The position numbers were made by a program, and so were the translations under genes. From Mustelus asterias (Eukaryota): 64,000 bases of DNA. This document shows positions 1-11,457 of the stretch, piece by piece. Location of the stretch: positions 1 through 64,000 of the forward strand of contig NW_027590198.1 of assembly GCF_964213995.1 (NCBI RefSeq), given 5' to 3'. Each line of letters begins with the position of its first letter. Positions within the stretch are counted from its first letter, which is position 1. The notes below the pieces were generated by a model. The model saw only the letters and a list, made by a program, of their open reading frames with translations, did not search any database and had not been told where the DNA came from.

Positions 1-1
1 T

Positions 2-571
2 TCTCAGTGTGGGAAGGGATTCACGAACTCATCCATCCTGCGGACACACGAACGAGTTCACACTGGGGAGAGACCGTTCACCTGCTCTCAGTGTGGGAAG
101 AGATTCACTCAGTCAGCCGACCTGCAGAGACACCAGCTACGTCACACAAGGGAGAGGCCGTTCACCTGCTCTCAGTGTGGGAAGGGATTCATTCTGTTAT
201 CCAGCCTGCGAATACACCAGCGAGTTCACACTGGGGAGAAACCATTCATCTGCTCTCAGTGTGGGAAGGGATTCACTAACTCATCTGATCTGCGGACACA
301 CCAGCGAGTTCACACAGGGGAGAGGCCGTTCACCTGCTCTCAGTGTGGGAAGGGATTCACTCAGTCATCCCACCTGCAGAGACACCAGCGAGTTCACACT
401 GGGGAGAGACCATTCAACTGTTCTCAGTGTGGGAAGGGATTCACTCAGTCATCCAACTTGCAGACACACCAGCGAGTTCACACTGGGGAGAGGCCATTCA
501 CCTGCTCTCAGTGTGGGAAGGGATTCAGAGTTTCATCCCACCTGCTGAGACACCAGCGAGTTCACGAGTGA
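2..571 (+). CDS. C2H2 zinc-finger gene A, 3' part (5' end outside window)
   Basis: Frame starting at base 2 reads [31 protein letters not shown]... with 84-bp TGERPF-linked repeats and ends at TGA 569-571. Confidence 0.85.
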   Translation, partial: SQCGKGFTNSSILRTHERVHTGERPFTCSQCGKRFTQSADLQRHQLRHTRERPFTCSQCGKGFILLSSLRIHQRVHTGEKPFICSQCGKGFTNSSDLRTHQRVHTGERPFTCSQCGKGFTQSSHLQRHQRVHTGERPFNCSQCGKGFTQSSNLQTHQRVHTGERPFTCSQCGKGFRVSSHLLRHQRVHE

Positions 572-800
572 TTCCAGAGGTTGGATTCTGCTGTTATTGT
601 TTCTGCTCTCAATTACATCCAGGACTGCATTTTGTTCATTCTCACAGTTGGTCAATGGGGAGGGTCGGAGGGTTTCTTTCTGCTGGACTGGCCGGTCTCA
701 TGACTTTGCCTCCAGTGGGCTGATGCTCTTTGAGTCTTGTTGCGAATACCTGGTTTTTAGATTTCACACGGATCACAGAGTGACAGGGTGTTAGGAAGTT

Positions 801-1070
801 ATAGAGGTTTACAACATGGAAACAGGCCCTTCAGCCCAACTTGTCCATTCCGCTCAGTTTTTACCACTAAGCTAGTCCCAATTGCCCGTATTTTGCCCAT
901 ATCCCTCTATACCCATCTTACCCGTGTAACTGTCTAAATGCTTTTGAAAAGACAGTATTGTACCCACCTCTACCACTGCCTCTGGCAACTCGTTCCAGAC
1001 ACTCACCACGACCTGAGTGAAAAACTGCCCCTCTGGACCCTTTTGTATCTCTCCCCTCTCACTTTAAACC
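801..1070 (-). mobile_element. CR1 LINE 3' end fragment
   Basis: Near copy of the 3' end of the CR1 element at 1665-1950. Confidence 0.75.
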
Positions 1071-1104
1071 TCAAACTAAGAACAAGAAATGTATCGATAA
1101 AATG

Positions 1105-1278
1105 ATTAGAGAACAGAGCCAACATTTTGAGTCTGAATGATACTTCATGAGAGCTGTTATGAAGGGTCATCCATTATCGAAACCTTGGCTCCATTCTTCA
1201 CAGGTGCTGTCAGACCTACTGAGATTTTCCAGCATTTTGTGTTTTTGTTTCAGATTCCGGTATCTGCAGTATTTTACT
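1105..1278. mobile_element. Penelope-like terminal fragment (second family, decayed hammerhead)
   Basis: Similar to 45915-46030, 50250-50330 and 57360-57510 (tgctgtcagacct..tgagattttccagcattt). Confidence 0.5.
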
Positions 1279-1664
1279 CTTCTGATGAAATGATTAGTTC
1301 TGATTGGAATCCCCATGACCCTCCTTCAAAACAGAGGGAGTGGTGGCAGAAGGAGAAAAAGGATCAGGATGATAAAGTCTGGGTTCTGATTCTCCGAGCC
1401 CATGTAGAATTAACAAAATGAGTGAACCAGTTTATAAAGAACAGAAGTTACCCATCCCTAACAAAAACTGAACAAATTAAAATAATTAGGTTGAGGAAGA
1501 GAACAAAAGAATTCATAGATAAAGTTTAAAATCAACTTTGTTTTGTTGTTAGAGAAGTTTTTAAAAATTATGTAAAGTGATGTAACTGTGTGCCAAGTTT
1601 CTTCTCACTCCCCACCCCTTTCGGTTCTGTAGAAAAGTTAACCCTTTCAGCAGACAGTTGATTT

Positions 1665-4370
1665 AGTCATGGAGTCATAGAGGTTTCCAGCTTGGAAACG
1701 GGCCCTTCAGCCCAACTTGTCCATGCCGCCCCTTTTTTAACCCCTGTGCTCATCCCAATTGTCCACGTTTGGCCCATATCCCTCGACACCCATCTTACCC
1801 ATGTAACTGTCTAAACGCTTTTTAAAAGACAAAATTGTACCTGCCTCTACTACTACCTCTGGCACCTTTTTCCAGACACTCACCACCCTCTGTGTGAAAC
1901 AAGTGCCCCTCTGGACCCTTCTGTATCTCTCCCCTCTCACCTTAAACCTATGCCCTCTAGTTTTAGACTCCCCTACCTTTGGGAAAAGATATTGACTATC
2001 TAGCTGATCTATGCCCCTCATTATTTTATAGACCTCTATAAGTTCACCCCTAAGCCTCCTACATTCCAGGGAAAAAAGTCCCAGTCTATCCAGCCTCTCT
2101 TTATAACTCAAATCATCAAGTCCCGGTAGCATCCCAGTAAATCTTTTCTGCAGTCTTTCTAGTTTAATAATATCCTTTCTATCATAGGGTGACCAGAACT
2201 GTACACAGTATTCCAAGTGTGGCCTTACCAATGTCTTGTAAAACTTCAACAAGACATTCCAACTCCTGTATTCAATGTTCTGACCAACATGCAGAATGCC
2301 TTCTTCACCACTCTGTCCACCTGCAACTCCATTTTCAAGGAGCTATGTACCTGTACCCCTAGATTTCTGTTCTGTAACTCTCCCCAACACCCTACCATTA
2401 ACTGAGTAAGTCCTGTCCTGGTTCGATCGCCCAAAATGGATTACCTTGCATTTATCTAAATTAAACTCCATCTGCCATTCGTCAGCCCACTGGCCCAATT
2501 GATCAAGATCGCGCTACAATCCTAGATAGCCTTCTCCACTGTCCACAATGCCACCAACTTTGGTGTCATCTGAAAACTTACTACACATGCCTCCTACATT
2601 CTCATCCAAATCATTAATATAAATGACAAATAACAGTGGACCCAGCACCGATCCTTGAGGCACACCGCTGGTCACAGGCTCCAGTTTGAAAAACAACCTT
2701 CTACAACCACCCTCTGTCTTCTGTCATCAAGCCAATTTTGTATCCATTTGGCTAACTCACCCTGGATTTCATTAGATTTAACCTTAAGCAACAACCTACC
2801 TTGCGGTACCTTGTCAAAGGCCTTGCTAAAGTCCACGTAGACAGCATCACCTGTACTGCCCTGATCTACCTTCTTGGTTACCCCTTCAAAAAACTCAATC
2901 AAATTTGTGAGACATGATTTTCCACTCACAAAGCCATGCTGACCGTCCCTAATCAGTCCTTGTGTCTCCAAATGCCTGTAGATCCTGTCTCTCAAATACC
3001 TTCTGACAACTTACAGATGTGAATCACACCGCCCTTTAGTTCCCAGGCTTTTCCCTGCAGCCCTTTTTAAACAAAGGCTCCACATTTGCCACCCTCCAAT
3101 CTTTAGGCACCTCACCCGTGACTATCGATGATTCAAATATCTCTGCTAGGAGACCCGCAATTTCCTCCCTAGCCTCCCACAGTGTTCTGGGATACACTTC
3201 ATCAGGTCCCGGGGATTTATCTACCTTGATGCGCTTTGTGACTTCCAGCACCTCCTTCTCTGTTATAAGTACACTTCTCAAGACATCACTTTATTTCCCC
3301 AAGTTCCCTAACATCCATGCTTTTCTCAACAATAAATAATGATGAAAAATATTCATTTATGATCTCACCCATCTCTTGTGGATCCGCACATAGATGACCT
3401 TGTTGATCCTTAAGAGGCCCTACTCTCTACCTAGTTACTCTTTGGCACTTTATGTATTTATAGAACCTCTTTGGATTCTCCTTTGCCTTATCTGCCAAAA
3501 CAATCTCGTGTCCCCTTTTTGCCCTCCTGACTTCTCTCTTAATTCTACTCCTACACCCTCGAAACTCTTCAAGGGATCCACTTGATCCCAGCTGCCGATG
3601 CATGTCATGTGCCTCCTTCTTCTTGACGAGGGCTTCAATATCTCGAGTCATCCAGGGTTCCCGACTTCTACCAGCCTTGCCCATCACTCTAAGAGCAATG
3701 TGCTTACCCTGAACCCTGGTTAAAACACTTTTGAAAGCCTCCCACTTACCAGACGTCCCTTTGCCTTCCCACAGACTCCCCCAGTTAACTGTCGAAAGTT
3801 CCTGCCTGATACCATCAACATTGGCCTTTCCCTAATTTAGAATTTTAACTTTTGGACCTGACCAATCATTTTCCATAGGTATCTTAAAACTAATGGAATT
3901 ATGGTCACTGGTCCCAAAGTGATCCCTCACTCACACTTCTATCACCTGCCCTTCCTTATTTCCCAAGAGGAGGTGAACTTTTGCCCCTCTCTAGTCGGGC
4001 CATCCACATACTGAATGAGAAATTCCTCCTGAATACACTCAACAAATTTCTCTCCATCCAAGCCTCTAATACTATGGCTGTCCCAGTCAATGTTGGGAAA
4101 GTTAAAATCCCCGACTATTACCACCCAATTTTTCTTGGAACTATCTGTAATCTCCTTACATATTTGCTCCTCAATTTCCCACCGACTATTTGGGGGCCTA
4201 TAGTACAACCATATCAAAGTGATTTCCCCCTTCTTTCTCAGTTCAACCCTTTTGACTCAGTAGGCGAACCCTCGGATATATCCCCTCTCAGTACTGCCGT
4301 GATGTTTTCCTGAATCAAAAGTGCAACTCCCCCTCCTTTCTTTCCTCCTGTTCTATCTTTCCTCTGGCAT
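1665..4370 (-). mobile_element. CR1 LINE, frameshifted ORF2 (APE endonuclease + reverse transcriptase)
   Basis: ORF pieces with [49 protein letters not shown] and RPHLEYCVQFW in several frames. Confidence 0.9.
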
Positions 4371-5228
4371 CTTGTTTTTAACTTGTTTTTAAATCACCCA
4401 GAAACTCGTGTCTATTTTAGTTTATAATTGTGGATTTATTGGAGCCAGTTAAATGTGGAAATTTTAAGCATACCCTGGAGGAATTTGGAATAACTGAGAA
4501 TTTTATTTTGTTGTCACCTCAACACCAGATAAAGAACAAAGAGTTTGCAGGTGGTAACGTGTTTGGGATTTTAAATTAACAAAGATTAGATGTTGCTGAT
4601 AAAATCAGGCCTTGGAAGTTGGCTTAAAAAGGGTTAAGTTACAATGAAGGATCTTGCATCTTATTTTAATCAAGGAGTTGTGAGCTTGTAGTGCTCTGTC
4701 GCTTTAAGAAGTTATAGCTGCGAGAGAGAATGCTGAGGATTCATTGTTTGAAATTTACAAGCTGTGAGAATCTGTGTGTTTTGTTTGTTTTTGTGTGGAT
4801 GTTTGTAGATGTGTTTTATCATTGTTTTGGGCTACATTTGTTAAGGTTTATCTTTCTGGGGAATTAACCTTACCTTGAGTCTTTAATTAAAGGCATTTTT
4901 GGGAGTTTAAAAACAGAATCAGAAGAATGCTTAAGTAATTAATTTTGGTTATTATTGTAAAGCACATGCTAAGTTTCTCTGTTGGTGTGTGGATGATATT
5001 TGTGGGTTGAACGCTTTAAGCTTTGAGGTTTTTTGTCTGTGATTTAAATCAAACAGATTTTTAAAATGGAAGTGTAATGAATAAAGCTTTTTTTTTCAAA
5101 AGTTATGAACCTGGAGCCATATTTACTGTCCAGAGACAGGATTCCAGGATATTTTACTAAACATGTGGGAATTTTAATCCAGATAAAACTCACTCATGAA
5201 ATTGAGAGTTTTAATTTGTCATGGTTAT

Positions 5229-5805
5229 TGTAAGGGGAAGTTTTCTCACTTCCTACCAGCATGAAAGACAAGCAGACATGAGTACAGTACAAAAAGGCAA
5301 CACAAATTTTATTCTCTGTTTAAAATAACAAAACCGCAGGCCTGGGGAGAGACAGCTGCTCGTCAACTGCTCTGCCTGGCCATTATGCGCTTTACAGTTT
5401 ATAGGGTTTTGAACTTCATGCCAAACATATGGTAATAGGTTCAACATTTACGACAAGTTACATGATCAGTACCAGCTCATAACACAAAGCAGTGGCACAA
5501 TAGCGAGATATTAAAACAGCCATTATAGATAGGTGGAGCTGATCCCATTTCCCCTGGGCTGATCTGTTTCTGGAGGGCTCCCTTTGTGATTTGAGCTTCT
5601 TGCATAATCTAATCAGTTGAGCTATTGTCTGTGTTTCCCTGCTTGGAGTCTAAAGTGATTAAGGCTGTCTGAAGTGATTAGGGGGTGCAAGGAGCCTCTC
5701 CATGAGTCATCGCATTGCTGTGAACTGTTGACAATATTTTAAAATAAATTTGATATACACACGTAAAAATATCCATGATATTAAGCATAAAGGTCGCCCC
5801 CTTCA
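5229..5805 (-). mobile_element. Solo LTR (577 bp)
   Basis: TG...CA ends with inverted termini (TGTAAGGGG / CCCCCTTCA), 5-bp TSD GTTAT at 5224-5228 and 5806-5810, minus-strand TATAAA (5398-5403) followed by AATAAA (5308-5313). Confidence 0.85.
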
Positions 5806-6424
5806 GTTATTTAAAATTTGGTACATATGAAACGATTCTGACCAATCCTGTGTTGGATTGATCTTGGGTTAAACTTCCTGTCAGGTCCAAAGATTTAATC
5901 CTGACACAATTAACACAATGAAAAGGAAAATTCTGGAATTGGATACTGAAGAACAGAGTTTAAAAGGAGAGATTATTAAATAGAAATGTTCCCAGACCGT
6001 GTGGTCATTAGATTGAAACAAAGGAAGGGTGCTGACATCCATTTGAGAATTTTTAATCCACCCCTTTTCAAACTGAGTCTATGTACAAAGAAAACCCCAA
6101 GGATGGTAGACGAGGGGGTCTGGAAAACATCATGATGGGGGCACCTATCTGTCCATGAGATGATCACAAAGCCCCATAATGCCCAGATACTAATTTTATT
6201 GAACCTATAATGTATGTAATCTATCACCATTCTGATTGGATTGTGTCCAGCCGGGATGGGCTGAGTAACTGGATAAGAATTGATGATATTCTTTGTTGGG
6301 TGGAGTTGCACATGGTCAGCCCCTGTGGCTTCTCCCCGCTGGCGTAACTCAATAAACTGTTTGTCGATTGAATCAGGTTTGAGTGTTGAATGATTCTTCT
6401 GAGTTCATTCCCCACAACACACTG

Positions 6425-6575
6425 GGTACATTACCACTTCATCCTCGGGAGTGGCCTGATAGGCCGTGGTCCAGACTACATGTGGACTTTGGGGGGCCTT
6501 TCATGAATCACATGTTTTTGCTTGTTGTAGATGCACATTCAAAATGCTTGGAAGCACAGATCATGAGTAATATTC
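6425..6575 (+). mobile_element. Ty3/Gypsy integrase fragment
   Basis: PLHPREWPDRPWSRLHVDFGGPFMNHMFLLVVDAHSK matches the start of the Gypsy integrase core (PWxRLHxDFAGP...VDAHSKW). Confidence 0.8.
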
Positions 6576-6869
6576 CAGGGCAATTAGGACTAGCTTAGTG
6601 GTAAAAACTGGGCAGCATGGACAAGTTGGGCCGAAAGGCCTGTTTCCATGCTGTAAACCTCTACGACTCTAACTACCTTTTTTGTGGCCTGAAGTTCCCA
6701 CAATTGGAAAGCAGCCAGATTAGTTAAATAGACAGCATTAATTGTGAGACAATTAAATAATAAATGATTCATTAATACATATGTTATAAAGGCTGGAAAT
6801 ATAAATTTGAACACAGGTTTATAGCTTTTAGAATTATAAACACTTTAAGAATGGTTAAAATGCTGTGGG

Positions 6870-7815
6870 AATTATAAGATGTTCCCTTCCCATGCTGACA
6901 GAATAAAGAAAGATGAAAGGACTTGTTAACCTTGACTGGAGGGAATGAATCGGCTCCTGTTCAAGATGTCTCAACATTGAATGACTGATGTGAACCAATT
7001 ATCGGTCAACACTTGGGCTACCCCAAGCTAAGAGATATCGTTTGAGAGAAAGGTATGTCTTAAAATTAAGACAATATGTGCAATTAGCTAAAAACCAAAT
7101 CAATTTCATTATTGACAAGTTATAGACCAATTGGCTAATTCCTAACAATTAGCTGAGGATGGCTTTCTACATTTTGAAAGTATAAAAAAGGGGATTCGAG
7201 AAACCAATCTGGTAGAAGTTTTTAAAAGTTAACTTTTTTTATAGTTTGTTTATTAGTGTCACACATAGACTTACATTAACATTGCAATGAAGTTACTCTG
7301 ATAATCCCCCAGTCGCCACACTCTGGTGCCTGTTTGGGTAAACTGAGGAAGAATTTAGCATGGCCAATGTACCCAACCAGCACGTCTTTCGGACTGTGGG
7401 AGGAAACCGGAGCACCCAGAGGAAACCTGCACAGACACGGGGAGAATGGGCGAACTCCGCACAGCCAGTGACCCAAGCCGGGACTCGAACCCTCTGCTGT
7501 GAGGCAGCAGTGCCTCACACTGTGCCCTACAGAGAGACGTTGAGAGCTGCTGGTTTTACAAGTTATCCACGTTTTCAGAGCCATCACTTCATGTCCTGGT
7601 TTGAGAAGGATGGAGAAGTTGAAGTTAAGCTCTCCTCCTTTTGCTGTTGATCGATACTTTGCTTTTTTATCTTTCTGACTCGTTACATTTTTAATGGTTA
7701 ATAAACTTTCTGAATTCACCATTTAAAGTGTTCTTTCTTGCCATATGATTAAGTCACTGGAACCTGGTGTGATTTACGATTGGGGAGGTTATTGTAAACA
7801 AGAGAACCCTCATAA
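6870..7815 (+). mobile_element. Possible degenerate LTR, interrupted by a SINE
   Basis: CCAAT boxes, TATAAA at about 7181 and AATAAA at 7700-7705 in LTR-like order; no clear TG..CA ends or TSD. Confidence 0.3.
7241..7526 (-). mobile_element. V-SINE (HE1-like), alternative 3' tail
   Basis: tRNA-like head and core TGTCTGxGxGGAGTTxGC...TTTCCTCCCACAGTCC; tail aacttcattgcaatgttaatgtaag...aataaa. Confidence 0.8.
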
Positions 7816-8383
7816 ATCTTAGTTCAAACAAATCAAAGTTCTTATAAATGGAATGCTATCCTTTATTCTGAGAGAAATTGAACATAGAAGTAAAGATGTT
7901 ATGCTTCAGTTGTGCAGGGCGTTGCTGAGATTGCACCTTGAACACAGGGTACAATTTTGTCTCCTATTAAACAAAGGATATAAATACATTGGAAGCAGTT
8001 CAGAGGAGGTTTACAAGATTGATTCCCAATCCAGTAGTGTGAAACATTAACACTGTTTCTCTCTCCACAGATGCTGCAAGACGTGTTGTGTTTTTCCAGT
8101 CCTTTCTGTATTTATTTTAAATCTACCTGTAGTGGTAGGAAAAACACTATTTACTATCCAGGATAAAATAAATGTCCTTCATCAGCTTTTGTGGATCATT
8201 TCAGTGGCAATGTGCTCTCCCAGGCTCAAAGAGCATCAGCGAACTAGAAGCAAAGTCGTGAGACCGGCCAGTCCAGCAGAAAGAAACCCTCCGACCCTCC
8301 CACTTCACCAACTGTCAGAATGAACATGGTTCAGTCCTGGATGTGATTAACAGCAGCAATAAAACAGAATCCAACCCCTGCCA

Positions 8384-8842
<459 letters not shown>

Positions 8843-8856
8843 TCAATTAAATCTCA

Positions 8857-8964
<108 letters not shown>

Positions 8965-9704
8965 TCAGGTGTGTCTGTGTCTTGGTGTATTTCCAGTCAC
9001 ATTTATGTTATAAAAAATTCTGACGCAGACAGAACATTAAAAGATTTCTCCTTCAAGATTGAAAGGCCAATGATATTCGGGTCCCAATCAATCAAATGTC
9101 TGTCAGATGTTGATGTGACGTTTGATTCGAGATTTCTGTCTGTAAATCCCCACCTTCTGATATCCTGCAAAAGGAGATTACAAAATTCATCAGTGTCAGT
9201 ACAGGACAGAAATTCAGAACAGACAATTCTAGTTTCTATGGAACATTCTTTCCTCTCTCATTCCCCAAACACAGTAAATCTCCATCCCACACACTCTCCC
9301 TCAATTCTCACTCTGCTGTATCTAATATTCACCCTCCCAATTCTCCTGAAGGTGCTGATTGAGGCTGATTGACAGATCCATGCTCACGGCTTCCTGTCCT
9401 GGACACAGGGAGCTGAAAATCTCCATGCAGGCTGCCAGACAGATGTCTATAATACTGGATAAAAGTGTAACATACAGGACATTACTTGAGTAGTGGTAGA
9501 GCAGGAATTTGAGGAAGATTTATATTTAGGTAGGGAGAGCACATGATCTAGAACTCGCTGCCTATGAGGATGGTGGAACAGAAGATTCAATCATTTCAAA
9601 ATGAAATTGGATGGGTACTTGAAGGAAATAAAACTTGCAGAGGAATGTTGATAGAGAGAAAGAACAGGATTCTCCAGAGAATCAATCTGCAGTCCATAAG
9701 ATGA

Positions 9705-9857
9705 CGTGGAGATGTCGGCGTTGGACTGGGGTGGGCACACAACACCAGGTTCATCAGGTGAGTGGCCATTCACCTGATGAAGGAGCAGTGCTCCGAAAGC
9801 TCGTGCGATCAAATAAACCTGTTGGACTTTAACCTGGTATTGTGAGACTTCTTACTG
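9705..9857. mobile_element. Penelope-like element terminal remnant (inverted arrangement)
   Basis: gtggagatgtcggcgttggactgggg...acaacaccaggtt, then the opposite-orientation end aataaacctgttggactttaacctgg..gtgagacttcttactgt; same family as 34070-34420, 42262-42690 and 56776-57310. Confidence 0.75.
9771..9805 (+). ncRNA. Minimal type I hammerhead ribozyme motif
   Basis: CAC-CTGATGA-A-GGAGC-agt-GCTCC-GAAA-GC-TC-GTG: conserved core, 5-bp stem II, 3-bp stem I, palindromic AGCT stem III. Confidence 0.7.
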
Positions 9858-9924
9858 TTTATAAGATGTACAGGTTAGGTTGATTGGCCATGCTCAATTG
9901 CCACTTAGTGTCCCAGGATGTGTG

Positions 9925-10125
9925 GGTTGGGGGGGCAATGCTCGGGGGGGGGCAATGCTCGGGGGGGGGCAATGCCCGGGGGGGGCAAAGCCCGGGGGGG
10001 GCAAAGCCCGGGGGGGGGGGCAAAGCCCGGGGGGGGGCAAAGCCCGGGGGGGGGGGCAAAGCCCGGGGGGGGGGGGGGCAAAGCCCAGGGGGGGGGGGCA
10101 AAGCCCAGGGGGGGGGGGGGAGGGA
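9925..10125 (+). repeat. G-rich tandem repeat (G6-13 CAAAGCCC)n, G-quadruplex prone
   Basis: About 10 units of long G runs separated by CAATGCTC / CAAAGCCC / CAAAGCCCA. Confidence 0.9.
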
Positions 10126-11218
10126 CAGAGAGATAGTAAAAGTTTTTACAAATATATAAAAAGGAAAAGAGTAGCTAAAGTAAATGTTGGACCCTTAGTA
10201 GATGAGAAGGGGGATTTAATAATGGGAAACGAGGAAATGGCTGAGGCCTTAAACAAGTTTTTTGTATCAGTCTTCACGGTAGAGGACACAAATAGCTTAC
10301 CGAAAATTGACGGTCATGGGACTGTAGGGGATGAGGTCCTTAAAATGATTACTATTACTAAAGAGGTAGTGCTTGGGAGGCTAATGGGACTAAAGGTAGA
10401 CAAGTCCCCGGGCCCGGATGGAATGCATCCCAGGGGACTGAAAGAAATGGCAGAAGTAATAGAGGATGCGTTGGTTGTAATTTATCAAAATACGCTGGAC
10501 TCTGGGGAAGTGCCGGCTGATTGGAAAACAGCTAATGTGACGCCACTGTTTAAAAAAGGAGGTAGACAAAAGGCGGGTAACTACAGGCCGGTTAGCTTAA
10601 CGTCCGTAGTTGGGAAATTGCTGGAATTCATCATTAAGGAAGAAATAGCAGGACACCTGGAAAAAAATGGTTTGATCAAGCAGACACAGCATGGATTCAT
10701 GAAGGGAAAGTCGTGTTTGACAAATTTACTGGATTTTTATGTTGATGTAACGAGTGCGGTTGACAGAGGGGAACCAGTGGATGTGGTGTTTTTGGATTTC
10801 CAGAAGGCGTTCGATAAGGTGCCTCACAAAAGGTTGCTGCAGAAAATCAGGGTGCACGGAGTTAGGGGTAAAGTGTTAGCGTGGATTGGGGATTGGCTAT
10901 CTAACAGGAAGCAGAGAGTTGGAATAAATGGGTGCTTTTCTGGTTGGCAGTTGGTGACTAGTGGCGTGCCACAGGGATTGGTGCTGGGGCCTCAAGTATT
11001 TACCATATGCATAGACGATCTGGAGGAGGGGACCGAGTGTTGGGTAACAAAGTTTGCGGATGACACAAAGATGAGTGGGAAAGTGAATTGCGTGGAGGAT
11101 GCGGTAAGTCTGCAGAGAGATTTGGATAGGCTAAGTGAGTGGGCGAGGATCTGGCAGATGGAGTATAGCGTTGGTAAGTGTGAGCTTATCCACTTTGGAA
11201 GGAATAATAGTAAAATGG
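10126..11218 (+). mobile_element. CR1 LINE internal RT fragment, truncated at both ends
   Basis: KSFYKYIKRKR...NYRPVSLTSVVGK...DFQKAFDKV...FADDTK; highly similar to 60655-61160 on the opposite strand. Confidence 0.9.
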
Positions 11219-11227
11219 AAGCTGCAA

Positions 11228-11244
11228 TGCTGCCCCCTGTTGTT
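11228..11244 (-). promoter_or_regulatory. Candidate CTCF site downstream of the V RSS
   Basis: Minus strand AACAACAGGGGGCAGCA resembles the CTCF core CCASYAGGKGGCRS. Confidence 0.35.
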
Positions 11245-11418
11245 CACTTCTCCCAGTCTCAGCATTGCAGAGTGTTTAAACAAGAATGGCACATTCAGCA
11301 CCATGGAATGAGAACATTCGGACTAACTCTTCGTTATACAATTGTTCTGTTTGTATTAACAGTTCACAATCCAGGTCACAGATCTGATTCAGTGAGAGGA
11401 GGTGAGAGTGCCTTTGCA

Positions 11419-11457
11419 GGTTTTTGTACGGGCTCACTGCGCCTCTGTAGCAGTGTG
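11419..11457 (-). other. Recombination signal sequence, 23-bp spacer
   Basis: CACACTG (11457-11451) + 23-bp spacer + perfect nonamer ACAAAAACC (11427-11419), directly after the V coding end. Confidence 0.95.

Noticed and set aside
5811-6420. Short ORFs possibly from a retroviral env or pol; similar case at 31007-31192
   Set aside because: No diagnostic motif recognisable by eye; needs a profile search.
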